Shown here piece by piece: positions 20,796 through 30,004 of a stretch of DNA of 64,000 nt. The stretch's first letter is position 1. Every line of letters starts with the position of its first letter. The notes below the pieces were generated by a model. That model did not search any database and had not been told where the DNA came from. It saw only the letters and a program-made list of their open reading frames with translations. The stretch spans positions 1 through 64,000 of the forward strand of contig JBBIRS010000007.1 of assembly GCA_037441675.1 (NCBI GenBank), given 5' to 3'. Origin of the DNA: Planctomycetales bacterium. Its GTDB lineage: Bacteria; 4484-113. The translations under genes were made by a program, and so were the position numbers.

Positions 20796-20850
20796 TTCTA
20801 CCCTTCCTCCTGGCGGGGGCGGTCCGGGGACCGCCCCAATTTGGGTAGAA
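20796..20850. other. Strong intergenic hairpin between convergent genes
   Basis: TTCTACCC...GGGTAGAA outer arms enclose GGGGCGGTCC-GG-GGACCGCCCC. Confidence 0.6.
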
Positions 20851-20964
20851 TCTATCCGTTGGAACTGAGGGAGATTTGGCGCACCTTTTGGGAGAATTTT
20901 CCACCGGCAACAGGAGCATACTTTTGCTGAACCTTGTTTGCGGCCGTTCTCGGGGCATTTAAAA

Positions 20965-21092
20965 CACGGGCGAGGACAAGCCCAAAGCTGGCAAGCGCCC
21001 GTGATCCAAATAGAGGTTCTGAAGGGCGCGAACTAGCATCGCGCCGAGATGAATGAAATGACCGCAGACCATAGCTGATCGCCCTACAGAAC
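20965..21092 (+). repeat. REP-like intergenic element copy
   Basis: AGGGCGCGAACTAGCATCGCGCCG, AGATGAATGAAATGAC, CGCCCTACAG; the 5' part is the reverse complement of 44514-44547. Confidence 0.75.
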
Positions 21093-21106
21093 TATAGACG
21101 CAGTGG

Positions 21107-22231
21107 CTAATCCATTCTAATTGGCATCACTATGTAGGAAAAAGTGGGATCTTCAGGCACTAAAAGCTTCAGCGGGTTAACCTCGCTCAGCCAGTAAAGC
21201 TCCACGTTTTCAGAATTTAGCACGGAAAGCGCGTCAACCAAATAGGAAGGATTTAGGGCGATTCTTATATCAGTGAATGGCTCTCCCTTTGTAAAGGGCA
21301 ATTCCTCAACTCCCTTGCCAATATCCGGGCTGTCACTGAGAATGAGCAACATATTCTCCTTGGTCTCAAATCGCACCACTGGATTCTGCTCCTTCACCCG
21401 GAAGACAGTCATAACTCTATGCAAAGCGTCCCGCAATGAAACTCTATTTGCTATCACGACAGACTTTGCATCCTTTGGAATGACTCTTTTGTAATCGGGA
21501 AAGCGAATGTCATACAAACTACCAGCAAAAATTGTGCTGTCAAAACGGAAGAAAATTTGGTTATCCTTATAGAAGACAGATAGAGAAACCTCTTCACTGG
21601 GTATCGCCTTTTTTAACTCGTCAATTATCACTGTGGGCACGAGTAGGCTCTGGTCTCTTACCTCGGGTGATGGATTATCAAGCTTTACGTAAGCGAGCCT
21701 GTGACCGTCAGTACCTACTAGGTCTAAGTATTCCTCCTGAAAGTTGATGAGAACTCCCTGGGTGTAATGGCTAGTTGTTCCAGTTGGGTCCTTCAGCGCG
21801 CAGAAGGAAGTTCTAATAAGCGCGTCTTTGAAACGTGAAGCGTCAATTTCTGCTAACTTGGAGTCTTCAAATATTGGAAGTGTAGGAAAGTTTTCATCGG
21901 GAAGGACGCGAATATCATAATCAGAGAATCCAGAGGTTACCTTTAAGACGCCATCCTTAACCTCAAGCAAAACGTCCTGACCGTGAGGCAACCTGCTGAC
22001 GAGGTCTGTGAATAGCCTCGATGGAATCAGCGCGCTTCCCTCTTTCTTCGCATCAACTTCAACTGTGTGTTCAATGGTGAAATCTCCATCTGAGCCAGTA
22101 AAAGTTGCTTTCTTTTTTCCAACTTGAAGGCGGATATGAGTAAGCACTAAGTTTAATGAGCGAGTTGATACCGCCTTTGAAACCAGGCTCAGCGCTGAGT
22201 TTAGCTTATCTTGCGGAACCGTTAATTTCAT
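21107..22231 (-). CDS. dnaN: DNA polymerase III beta sliding clamp
   Basis: 374 aa; GTDGHRLA, FPDYKRVIP, LNPSYL, C-terminal YIVMPIR. Confidence 0.95.
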   Translation of the reverse strand: MKLTVPQDKLNSALSLVSKAVSTRSLNLVLTHIRLQVGKKKATFTGSDGDFTIEHTVEVDAKKEGSALIPSRLFTDLVSRLPHGQDVLLEVKDGVLKVTSGFSDYDIRVLPDENFPTLPIFEDSKLAEIDASRFKDALIRTSFCALKDPTGTTSHYTQGVLINFQEEYLDLVGTDGHRLAYVKLDNPSPEVRDQSLLVPTVIIDELKKAIPSEEVSLSVFYKDNQIFFRFDSTIFAGSLYDIRFPDYKRVIPKDAKSVVIANRVSLRDALHRVMTVFRVKEQNPVVRFETKENMLLILSDSPDIGKGVEELPFTKGEPFTDIRIALNPSYLVDALSVLNSENVELYWLSEVNPLKLLVPEDPTFSYIVMPIRMD

Positions 22232-22341
22232 TACAACCCTCCTTTGGGATAATCTTAGATTATACCAAACCTTATCAAGGTAAACTTTGCTAGAATAGCT
22301 AAGAGTTTACGCGAAAAATTGAAAAGTGGAACCTGAATTGA

Positions 22342-23466
22342 TTGCGTCACTGGAGAAATGCCTTGTGGAAAGAAATTGAGAGAAAGGTTCAAAATAAAGA
22401 GAAGCTTTCACTAAAGGAAGCGGTATTCCTCCTTACTGAGGCGGATTTGCACATACTCGGAGAGCTTGCCCACGCTATTAGGACTGAGAAAAACTCCGAT
22501 AAGGTTTACATAGTCAAGAATCGCCACGTCAATCCGACGAACATCTGCTTTTATCACTGCACCTTTTGTTCCTTTAGGAGGGACGCAGGTGAAAAAGGCG
22601 CTTACTTGCTCAAACCTGAAGAAATTATCTCAAAGCTAAAAAGCGAGAATATAAGAGGACTTGCAGAAATCCACATCGTTGGCGGAATGCCTCCCACCGA
22701 TCTTGCGGACTACGATTATTACAAGGATATAGTGCGCGAATTAAAGCTCGCCTTTCCATCCACCTGCATTAAAGCTTTCACCGCAGTGGAATACCAGTGG
22801 TTTCATGATATTACGGGTAAATCCTACGAGGAAATTCTTTCCGAGTTCAAAGAGATGGGGCTGGAAATGCTTCCTGGAGGCGGTGCGGAGATTTTTAATT
22901 GGGACGTTCGGCGAAGAATCTGTCCCGAAAAATGCAAGGGCGAAGAATGGCTGGAAATCCACCGCACAGCCCACAGGCTTGGAATTAAGAGCAACGCCAC
23001 TATGCTTTATGGCCATATAGAAGAACCGATTCATAAGGCGGAGCATTTGCTCTCCCTGTATGAACTGCAGGAAGAAACGAATGGCTTCCTTGCCTTTATT
23101 CCACTCGCCTACCATCCCGAGAACAACCGCTTGAAAGTTGAGTTCTTCACCACAGGCACGAGCGACTTGAGACACATTTCCGCATCACGTATCATCCTCC
23201 ATAACTTTCCGCACGTAAAGGCATACTGGATTGAATTTGGGCTGAATCTATCGCAGGTGATGTTATCCTATGGCGCGGATGATTTGGACGGAACAATTTT
23301 GGAGGAACACATTTATCATGACGCGGGTGCGCCAACTCCTCAAGGTGTTTCCATTGAATACCTTAGCTCACTAATTAGAGAAGCAGGGTTTTCCCCTGTT
23401 CTCAGGGATGCTCTGTATAATGAGATTATTATTGAACCTACGCCCGTAGGCACGATTAAATCTTAA
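22342..23466 (+). CDS. mqnE: Aminofutalosine synthase (radical SAM)
   Basis: NRHVNPTNICFYHCTFCSF, EIHIVGG, KAFTAVE, PGGGAEIF, NATMLYGHIE, HVKAYW. Confidence 0.92.
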   Translation: MRHWRNALWKEIERKVQNKEKLSLKEAVFLLTEADLHILGELAHAIRTEKNSDKVYIVKNRHVNPTNICFYHCTFCSFRRDAGEKGAYLLKPEEIISKLKSENIRGLAEIHIVGGMPPTDLADYDYYKDIVRELKLAFPSTCIKAFTAVEYQWFHDITGKSYEEILSEFKEMGLEMLPGGGAEIFNWDVRRRICPEKCKGEEWLEIHRTAHRLGIKSNATMLYGHIEEPIHKAEHLLSLYELQEETNGFLAFIPLAYHPENNRLKVEFFTTGTSDLRHISASRIILHNFPHVKAYWIEFGLNLSQVMLSYGADDLDGTILEEHIYHDAGAPTPQGVSIEYLSSLIREAGFSPVLRDALYNEIIIEPTPVGTIKS

Positions 23467-23492
23467 GCTCTATTAAATCTAAGGAGGTTATC

Positions 23493-24239
23493 TTGAAAAA
23501 GTACCGCTTAGGGTTGCTAAAGTTTCTAAATTCTCTCCCTTTAGTTTACAAGCTCCGTGGTCATAAGGAAATTGAAGAAGTGTGGGGAGTTCCAGTGGTG
23601 CTGACAAAGCTACTCCGTACGGGCGAGCTTGATGCAGCATTAACAAGCGCCTATGAGTACGCAAAACGCGGGAACTCTTTGTTAACTGAGCTTTGCATTG
23701 CCAGCGAAGGCAGGGTTGAAACAGTTAAACTTTACTCCAACGTTCCCTTGGATGAGATTACCGCGATTGAGGAAGACCCCACGAGCCTTACCAGTAACGC
23801 TATTATTAGAATGGTTTTTGAGGAGAGAAAGCAGAGGGTATCATTCAAAGTTGGTGAAAACCCAAGCGCACCATTAAAAGAGAAAACCGCCCGACTTCTA
23901 ATTGGCGATGTCAACTTCAATCCATCGCTTAAGTACAATTTCGCCTTTGACCTAGCATCTCTGGTTTGGGAGCATTTCAGACTTCCCTGTGTTTATGCGC
24001 TTTGGCAAACAAAGGATGAAACGGATGGCAGGTTGAAGGAGCTTGTTGAATGGGCTTACTCCGAGGCTAAGAATGATTGGAATCAAATTTACACTTTCGC
24101 GGAAAAGAACTGGAAGCTACCTCAAGCGATAATAGTGGATTACTTCCAAAACGTTCTTCATTATCAGCTGACGGACAAGGACAAAGAATTTCTGGAGTTT
24201 TTCAAGAAACTCATTCACGATATGGCGCTTCCATGGTAG
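23493..24239 (+). CDS. mqnA: Chorismate dehydratase
   Basis: FLNSLPL, CIASEGRVETV, SLTS, LLIGD, DL...LPCVYALW; lies between mqnE and mqnC. Confidence 0.85.
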   Translation: MKKYRLGLLKFLNSLPLVYKLRGHKEIEEVWGVPVVLTKLLRTGELDAALTSAYEYAKRGNSLLTELCIASEGRVETVKLYSNVPLDEITAIEEDPTSLTSNAIIRMVFEERKQRVSFKVGENPSAPLKEKTARLLIGDVNFNPSLKYNFAFDLASLVWEHFRLPCVYALWQTKDETDGRLKELVEWAYSEAKNDWNQIYTFAEKNWKLPQAIIVDYFQNVLHYQLTDKDKEFLEFFKKLIHDMALPW

Positions 24240-24291
24240 AGGTAAATGTATTCATTTAATTTATGAGACGTGGTATCATTTTAATAGTCAA

Positions 24292-25392
24292 ATGGCAGTG
24301 GCGATAAAAACTCAATCTTCAACGACAAGCGCAATTTGCGAAAAGGCTCTTTCAGGAAAGAGAGTGTCATTTGACGAAGGGCTTTCTCTTATCTCTCAAG
24401 GAAATCTACAACTTCTCGGACGTACCGCCCATCAACTTCGCCTGCAAAAAACAGAGCCGAAAATTGTTACCTACATAGTTGACAGGAACATCAACTATTC
24501 CAACATCTGCATAACGGATTGTGACTTTTGCGCTTTTTACCGCAAGCCAGGCGAGCCGGGCGCTTACGTGAATGAGTACGAGCCGACTCTTAAGCAAAAG
24601 ATTGAAGAAGCGGTAGCTCTTGGCGCGCGCCAAATCCTAATGCAGGGCGGGCATCACCCTTATCTCAAGTTCGAATGGTACTTGGAGCTTGTCCGCGCAA
24701 TAAAGCGTGACTTTCCGCAGGTTTCTGTGCATTCTTTCTCTCCCCCTGAGATCCGCCACTTTTCCAAGCTGTACAAGATGAGCGTGGAGGAGGTTCTCTT
24801 AGCGCTGAAAGAGGCGGGGTTAGATTCGCTTCCCGGCGGAGGCGCGGAGATACTCTCGGAGCGTCCACGCAAGCTCATTTCCCCAAAGAAAGGCTCGCCT
24901 GATGAGTGGCTTGAGGTAATGCGCACCGCTCACAGGCTTGGTTTGCGTGGAACCGCCACGATGATGTTTGGACACGTGGAGATGCTCCCGGAGAGAATCG
25001 AGCACTTTGAACGCATTCGTCAGCTTCAGGATGAAACGGGCGGATTCACAGCCTTTATCTGTTGGAGTTTTCAACCACTCAACACGAGACTTGGAGCTGA
25101 GCTTGGATACCAATCCGCCGGCGGATTTGATTACCTGCGCACCCTGGCTACCTCTCGCATCTATCTTGATAACATCAAGAATTTTCAAGCGAGCTGGGTG
25201 ACGATGGGACCAAAAGTCGGTCAGCTTTCACTTTACTTTGGCGCCAACGATATGGGTGGAACGATGATTGAGGAAAACGTCGTCTCATCCGCAGGCGCGC
25301 ATTACTGTATGAGCATTCCAGAAATGGAGCATCTCATCAAAGACGCGGGCTTCATACCAAAACGTCGAACCACCCAGTATGAAATCTTATAA
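24292..25392 (+). CDS. mqnC: Cyclic dehypoxanthine futalosine synthase (radical SAM)
   Basis: DRNINYSNICITDCDFCAFYR, LMQGGHHP, TATMMFGHVE, QASWVT, MIEENVVSSAG. Confidence 0.93.
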   Translation: MAVAIKTQSSTTSAICEKALSGKRVSFDEGLSLISQGNLQLLGRTAHQLRLQKTEPKIVTYIVDRNINYSNICITDCDFCAFYRKPGEPGAYVNEYEPTLKQKIEEAVALGARQILMQGGHHPYLKFEWYLELVRAIKRDFPQVSVHSFSPPEIRHFSKLYKMSVEEVLLALKEAGLDSLPGGGAEILSERPRKLISPKKGSPDEWLEVMRTAHRLGLRGTATMMFGHVEMLPERIEHFERIRQLQDETGGFTAFICWSFQPLNTRLGAELGYQSAGGFDYLRTLATSRIYLDNIKNFQASWVTMGPKVGQLSLYFGANDMGGTMIEENVVSSAGAHYCMSIPEMEHLIKDAGFIPKRRTTQYEIL

Positions 25393-25451
25393 CTTGCCTT
25401 TAACGCTCCAACCCTATCTCAATACCAAATCAGATATAACTTATGGAGCAA

Positions 25452-25540
25452 GCTCGCCTTCAGGGTCAACCCGCCCAAGAGGGGAGGAAGGGGACGCGCG
25501 AGGACGGGCGTGATCCAGATAGAGATACTCTAGGGCGCTA
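25452..25540 (+). repeat. REP-like intergenic element copy
   Basis: CCTTCAGGGTCAACCCGCCC and GGACGGGCGTGATCCA modules. Confidence 0.65.
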
Positions 25541-25692
25541 TGGGCTGGTAAATTCTTGCTTATTATACTGGATGGGTTTTGAGGCTCAGAATTACTCGCA
25601 GATTTTGTGAATTTAGACGAATTAATACTTTTCTCACAAAGTTTATGTTAAAATTATGAATTACATTTCACAACCATTTACGGGGTTCGCAT

Positions 25693-26907
25693 ATGATTTA
25701 CCGTTTTTATGCGATTTTGATTATTTCAATGCTTCTTGGATTTTCCTTCAGTTGCGCGAAGGGTGGCGGAAAACCCGGCGAGTTCTCACAGCTCGTGCCA
25801 ATCCTTTCAAAAGACCTTGCAAAGTTCACCTCCGCTCAAGAGTGCCGAACTTGTCATTCCGTGAAGTACGCGCAGTGGTCAGAGACGCATCACGCTGAAG
25901 CCATTCACGCACTCATTGAAATTGGATTTGAGGATGATGCAGATTGTCTAACTTGCCACACATTAGGCTTCAACGAAGGCGGGTTTAAGAGCCTGGAAGA
26001 AACGCCAATGTTTGCGGGTGTGCAGTGCGAGAGCTGTCACGGAAGCGGTGTGAATCACGCAGGGCGTAGAGATTATATTCAGCTTTCCTACTCTTCGGCG
26101 GTATGTGCAACCTGCCACTCCTGGGAACTTTCGCCAATATATCAGGAGTGGGAGGAAAGCGGGCACGGCACGCCGATTGCTGAACGTGCAAGCCTTCCAT
26201 TCTTCCGTGACGAGTGCTTATCCTGCCACAGCGCGGAGTATATCCTCGCGGAGCCTGGAGAAAAGCCAACCAAATCCGAAGTCACTACGGGTGTAACTTG
26301 CGTCGCCTGCCATGACCCGCATGTGGAAACTGAAAATGGAGCGCATCTTAGGTATCCGAAAAGGGATCTGTGTATTAGCTGTCACATGAACAACGATAGT
26401 GCGCCTAATGATAAGGCGGAACCCTATCCGCATCCCCATCAAACGCAGGGCAACATTTACTTTGGGCAGGGAGGTTATACCTTGGAGGCGGTGAGCAATT
26501 CCGCCCATTCCAACGCCGAAGAATTTCCTAACGCCTGCCTTGAGTGCCATCAATGGGAAGCGCAGGTGAATCCTGATATTCCACACGAGTACCATACGCA
26601 CACATTTGAGCCTAACATTCCCGCTGCGTGCGAGCGTTGCCATGGCGATACCGCTATTGCGCAGCTCGCAAGTACTCAAAATTCAATTCAGGATAGGCTT
26701 GACGCGCTTGCGGGCTATTTTGATGAGGACTCACCAAACTTTATTGACCCTGAGGATCTATCCGGGGAAGACTTTGTCTTGTATTACAGAGCGCTCTTTA
26801 ACTTTGATATGGTGGAAGCGGATGGTAGTCTTGGAGTTCACAATGGACGTTACGTAGGGGCGCTTCTTGATGCGGCGGAAACATATATCCAGCAAATTCA
26901 GGATTAA
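25693..26907 (+). CDS. Multiheme (9x CxxCH) c-type cytochrome lipoprotein
   Basis: Lipobox-like LGFSFSC; CRTCH, CLTCH, CESCH, CATCH, CLSCH, CVACH, CISCH, CLECH, CERCH; C-terminal helical ADGSLGVHN region. Confidence 0.9.
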   Translation: MIYRFYAILIISMLLGFSFSCAKGGGKPGEFSQLVPILSKDLAKFTSAQECRTCHSVKYAQWSETHHAEAIHALIEIGFEDDADCLTCHTLGFNEGGFKSLEETPMFAGVQCESCHGSGVNHAGRRDYIQLSYSSAVCATCHSWELSPIYQEWEESGHGTPIAERASLPFFRDECLSCHSAEYILAEPGEKPTKSEVTTGVTCVACHDPHVETENGAHLRYPKRDLCISCHMNNDSAPNDKAEPYPHPHQTQGNIYFGQGGYTLEAVSNSAHSNAEEFPNACLECHQWEAQVNPDIPHEYHTHTFEPNIPAACERCHGDTAIAQLASTQNSIQDRLDALAGYFDEDSPNFIDPEDLSGEDFVLYYRALFNFDMVEADGSLGVHNGRYVGALLDAAETYIQQIQD

Positions 26908-26918
26908 CGAGGTGTGAT

Positions 26919-27866
26919 GTGAAACGGGCGGGTAAATTCTTAGTCGTTTTTGTATTTATACTTGCATTTTTAATCGCTTATGCTAGCGTTGCGCAGGTGG
27001 AGGAGGCAAGTGAGCCGCAAAAAGAATCGAAAGAGCCAAGGGGTGGATTTAAGGATGAGGAGATTAAAGATCCGAGATTAGAAATATCTTCTTTCTTTGT
27101 TGGCACCTCGTCCTGCTTGTACTGTCATCCTAACATGAAGGAGGATTTTCTGAAGAACCCACACGCTCTATCTCTGCGGGAGCGAATACCACTTGAGAAG
27201 CAGGGCTGTGAGATGTGTCACGGTCCAGGGCAGAAGCATATGACAACCGCGCCCGAAAATATAGTAAGGTTTGACAAGGAAACGCCTCTATCCTACGCGA
27301 GCCTCTGTCTAAGTTGCCATAAGCGGGTGCTTACGCTGTCAGATTGGAAGAAAAATCTCCACAGCAGGGTTGAAAGCAAATGGTGCATAACTTGCCATGA
27401 ACCTCACAAAACGACGCGTTTTCTCTTGAAGAGGGATGAGGAGCATCTTTGCGCTTCCTGCCACGAGAGCGTGATGAATCAAATCAGAGCGGGCGCGAGC
27501 AAGCACGCGGTCTTTGATAGCGCTCAACTTAAGTGCACAAGCTGTCATAATCCGCATCGGGGTGATGGTTCTCTTCTTGCCAAGAAGACAGTTTCAGAAA
27601 CCTGCGGACAGTGTCATCGGGAAAAAGTCGGTCCTTTCACCTTTGAGCACATTAGCGAGGATTTGCCTGGAACAAGTTCCTGCTTGACCTGCCACAATCC
27701 GCACGGCTCACCCAACACCGCTCTTTTGACGATGAACGGGCGAGGACTCTGTTTATCCTGTCACCAGGATAAGATAATCCATAAACAGGGTTTGACCTGC
27801 TTTAGCGCGGGCTGTCATACTGAAATTCACGGGAGCAATACCACTCCCATTTTCCTAAGACAGTAA
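26919..27866 (+). CDS. MtrA/DmsE/PioA-type decaheme cytochrome c
   Basis: Signal peptide; 9 CxxCH plus a terminal CFSAGCH; CEMCHGPG, GPFTFEH, CHNPHGS and IHGSN signatures. Confidence 0.88.
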   Translation: MKRAGKFLVVFVFILAFLIAYASVAQVEEASEPQKESKEPRGGFKDEEIKDPRLEISSFFVGTSSCLYCHPNMKEDFLKNPHALSLRERIPLEKQGCEMCHGPGQKHMTTAPENIVRFDKETPLSYASLCLSCHKRVLTLSDWKKNLHSRVESKWCITCHEPHKTTRFLLKRDEEHLCASCHESVMNQIRAGASKHAVFDSAQLKCTSCHNPHRGDGSLLAKKTVSETCGQCHREKVGPFTFEHISEDLPGTSSCLTCHNPHGSPNTALLTMNGRGLCLSCHQDKIIHKQGLTCFSAGCHTEIHGSNTTPIFLRQ

Positions 27867-27878
27867 AGGAGTTTCAAT

Positions 27879-29822
27879 ATGGTCAAGGTAAAGAAGGCTC
27901 TTTGGTTGACCTTATTCCTTTTAGTTCCAATCTTTTTTCTTTTTGCAACTTCAAATGCAAGCGCACTGGAAGATAGCGGGCAAGTGGAAATTTCACAGGC
28001 AAGTTCGGAGGCTGGGGCGGATACTAATGCAGATAATGAAAATGCAAATGATGAAATTCTTGAAGAAGAGGCTTCAAACCAAGTTCCCACTGATGAAGAG
28101 AGTGAGAATGCGGAGGCTGAGCCGGAGCCTGAAACCGAGGAGGAGGAAACACCAGAGGAGAAAGTGGAGGAAGAACCGCTCTTTACGAGTGATGAGATTT
28201 TTGAAAATAACCTTGAGCTTCTGAAGGAGGTTGAGCCTCGAAGGTATCACGGTGAATTGGGTATTGGTTTCGCCTTTCAAGAATCAAGCGGTTTAACTGA
28301 TTTTCTATATAGATACAGTTATCCCAATAAAGCTTTTTACCTTTCGCGATTCGGAATACGAAGTTTGCATCCCTCCCACGAGTTTTTGGATTTCATACTG
28401 AACTCACCAAGAGAGAAAAGTTATTACTCTGCGCTTACAATTTTGAAGGATGGCGGGAGGATTGATATATCTTCAGTGCGGGAGAGTTTCAGAAGCTATT
28501 CGCTTTTCCGCGACGGGACGCTATTTGCAAATCCATTCCGCTATAAGGTGAAAAGCCTAAAGTTCCACAATCCATCCTATCAGGATTGGTGGATAGGCGT
28601 ATCAGTTGGCGCGAACGAATTTGAAAGGCGCAACACCAGAATAAATACCCAAGCTGACACTAGGCAAGAGTGGTTGAACGCTGATGTTACCTTAACACCC
28701 TACGGGGATTCCTCCTTGAGGCTTTTTTTTGAAGGTGAGAGGGTATACCGGAACATCGGCGGCGAAAAAGCGCGAGATGCTTTCACCTACTCTGCAGATT
28801 TAACTGACCCCCTCTCAGAAGAAACGACACTCTTGGCTGGATTTTCCTACACTTTAGCGGAAACCTACTCTCTTGGCGGTGACCTTGACCGATATCGCGC
28901 ATATGCATCTCTTCAGGGTGAGCGCGCCTTTGGACACGATTGTATTGACTGGAAGCTGAACTTCCGCTACTTGAACAACACAGGCTTTGCCTATCTTGGG
29001 CTCTTTGTTGATGATAGCGTTTCTCTAGGCGGAGATTTAACTTATGATTTACGTGCTCTTGGCGTATTCAACGCGGGCTACAATTTCGCCAATTCGGATT
29101 TGAACCTCCTTGATTTCTCAAACCTTCCCTATGAGCTAAAGATTTCTCCTTTCGCCCTTGAGACTGAGTACGAGCCATACACGCTCTCAAGAAACGCAAA
29201 GACTCACAGCTTTAGCATCTCTCACAAGGTGAAGTTTGGGCTTGGCTTTAATTTGAGACAAAATTTTGACTTTGAGCGAATTGTGGGAATAGCGGATAGT
29301 AGCATTTTGGATTTCAGGTATCAGAATCTTTTCCCGACTAGACGTTTGCGTTACAAGGGAGATTTAACTTACGAACCCTGCCCCAACTGGAGATGGGCGC
29401 TTTCCGAGCGCTTTGAAAGGAGAAACAACTCGGTTCGCGATGTTTCCTTCTCCACAAATTATCTTAGCCTAAGTGGAACTTATACCCCAGACCAAGATTC
29501 AGCCTATACCGCGCTTCTTGGCAGGGGCGATTATAAAAGTAACGAGCCAACAGTTTCTCTTTATGAGACAGACCTCGTGAACTTTGGCTTTGTAGTGTTC
29601 AAGAGATTGAATGAAAATTTCAGCGCGCACTTCTCCTACAACTTTAGCTATTCAACGGGTCGGGATAAATTTGAAAGCGATGATTTCGCCCTATATCTAA
29701 CTATTTCTGGCAGACACCCAATAAACATAGGTTATGAGTATACGAAACTCAGCGAGAAACTTTATCCGCAGTCAAACTCCCGCTTGCATAACTTCTTTTT
29801 GGAGTACGAGTATAGGTTCTAA
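27879..29822 (+). CDS. Outer-membrane beta-barrel, putative MtrB/PioB-like porin
   Basis: Signal peptide, acidic linker, aromatic-rich alternating beta-strands, C-terminal LEYEYRF; starts just after the decaheme gene. Confidence 0.7.
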   Translation: MVKVKKALWLTLFLLVPIFFLFATSNASALEDSGQVEISQASSEAGADTNADNENANDEILEEEASNQVPTDEESENAEAEPEPETEEEETPEEKVEEEPLFTSDEIFENNLELLKEVEPRRYHGELGIGFAFQESSGLTDFLYRYSYPNKAFYLSRFGIRSLHPSHEFLDFILNSPREKSYYSALTILKDGGRIDISSVRESFRSYSLFRDGTLFANPFRYKVKSLKFHNPSYQDWWIGVSVGANEFERRNTRINTQADTRQEWLNADVTLTPYGDSSLRLFFEGERVYRNIGGEKARDAFTYSADLTDPLSEETTLLAGFSYTLAETYSLGGDLDRYRAYASLQGERAFGHDCIDWKLNFRYLNNTGFAYLGLFVDDSVSLGGDLTYDLRALGVFNAGYNFANSDLNLLDFSNLPYELKISPFALETEYEPYTLSRNAKTHSFSISHKVKFGLGFNLRQNFDFERIVGIADSSILDFRYQNLFPTRRLRYKGDLTYEPCPNWRWALSERFERRNNSVRDVSFSTNYLSLSGTYTPDQDSAYTALLGRGDYKSNEPTVSLYETDLVNFGFVVFKRLNENFSAHFSYNFSYSTGRDKFESDDFALYLTISGRHPINIGYEYTKLSEKLYPQSNSRLHNFFLEYEYRF

Positions 29823-29830
29823 AACTCGTC

Positions 29831-29890
29831 TCTGATGGGCGGGGAGATGTGCCCCGCCCCACAGATTTAACGAATAACGATTAAGATAGG
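29831..29890 (+). repeat. REP-like hairpin plus 30-bp arm inverted relative to 34863-34892
   Basis: GGGCGGGG..CCCCGCCC hairpin, then ACAGATTTAACGAATAACGATTAAGATAGG. Confidence 0.7.
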
Positions 29891-30004
29891 AAAACGCCCG
29901 AATACCTCCACGCACGAATGGAAAAAACTTCGCTATAATTTATTGTTTGTGCGTTTAACTCAGCATCAAGCTTACCTATACATAAGGGCATTCTAGGAAT
30001 AAAG

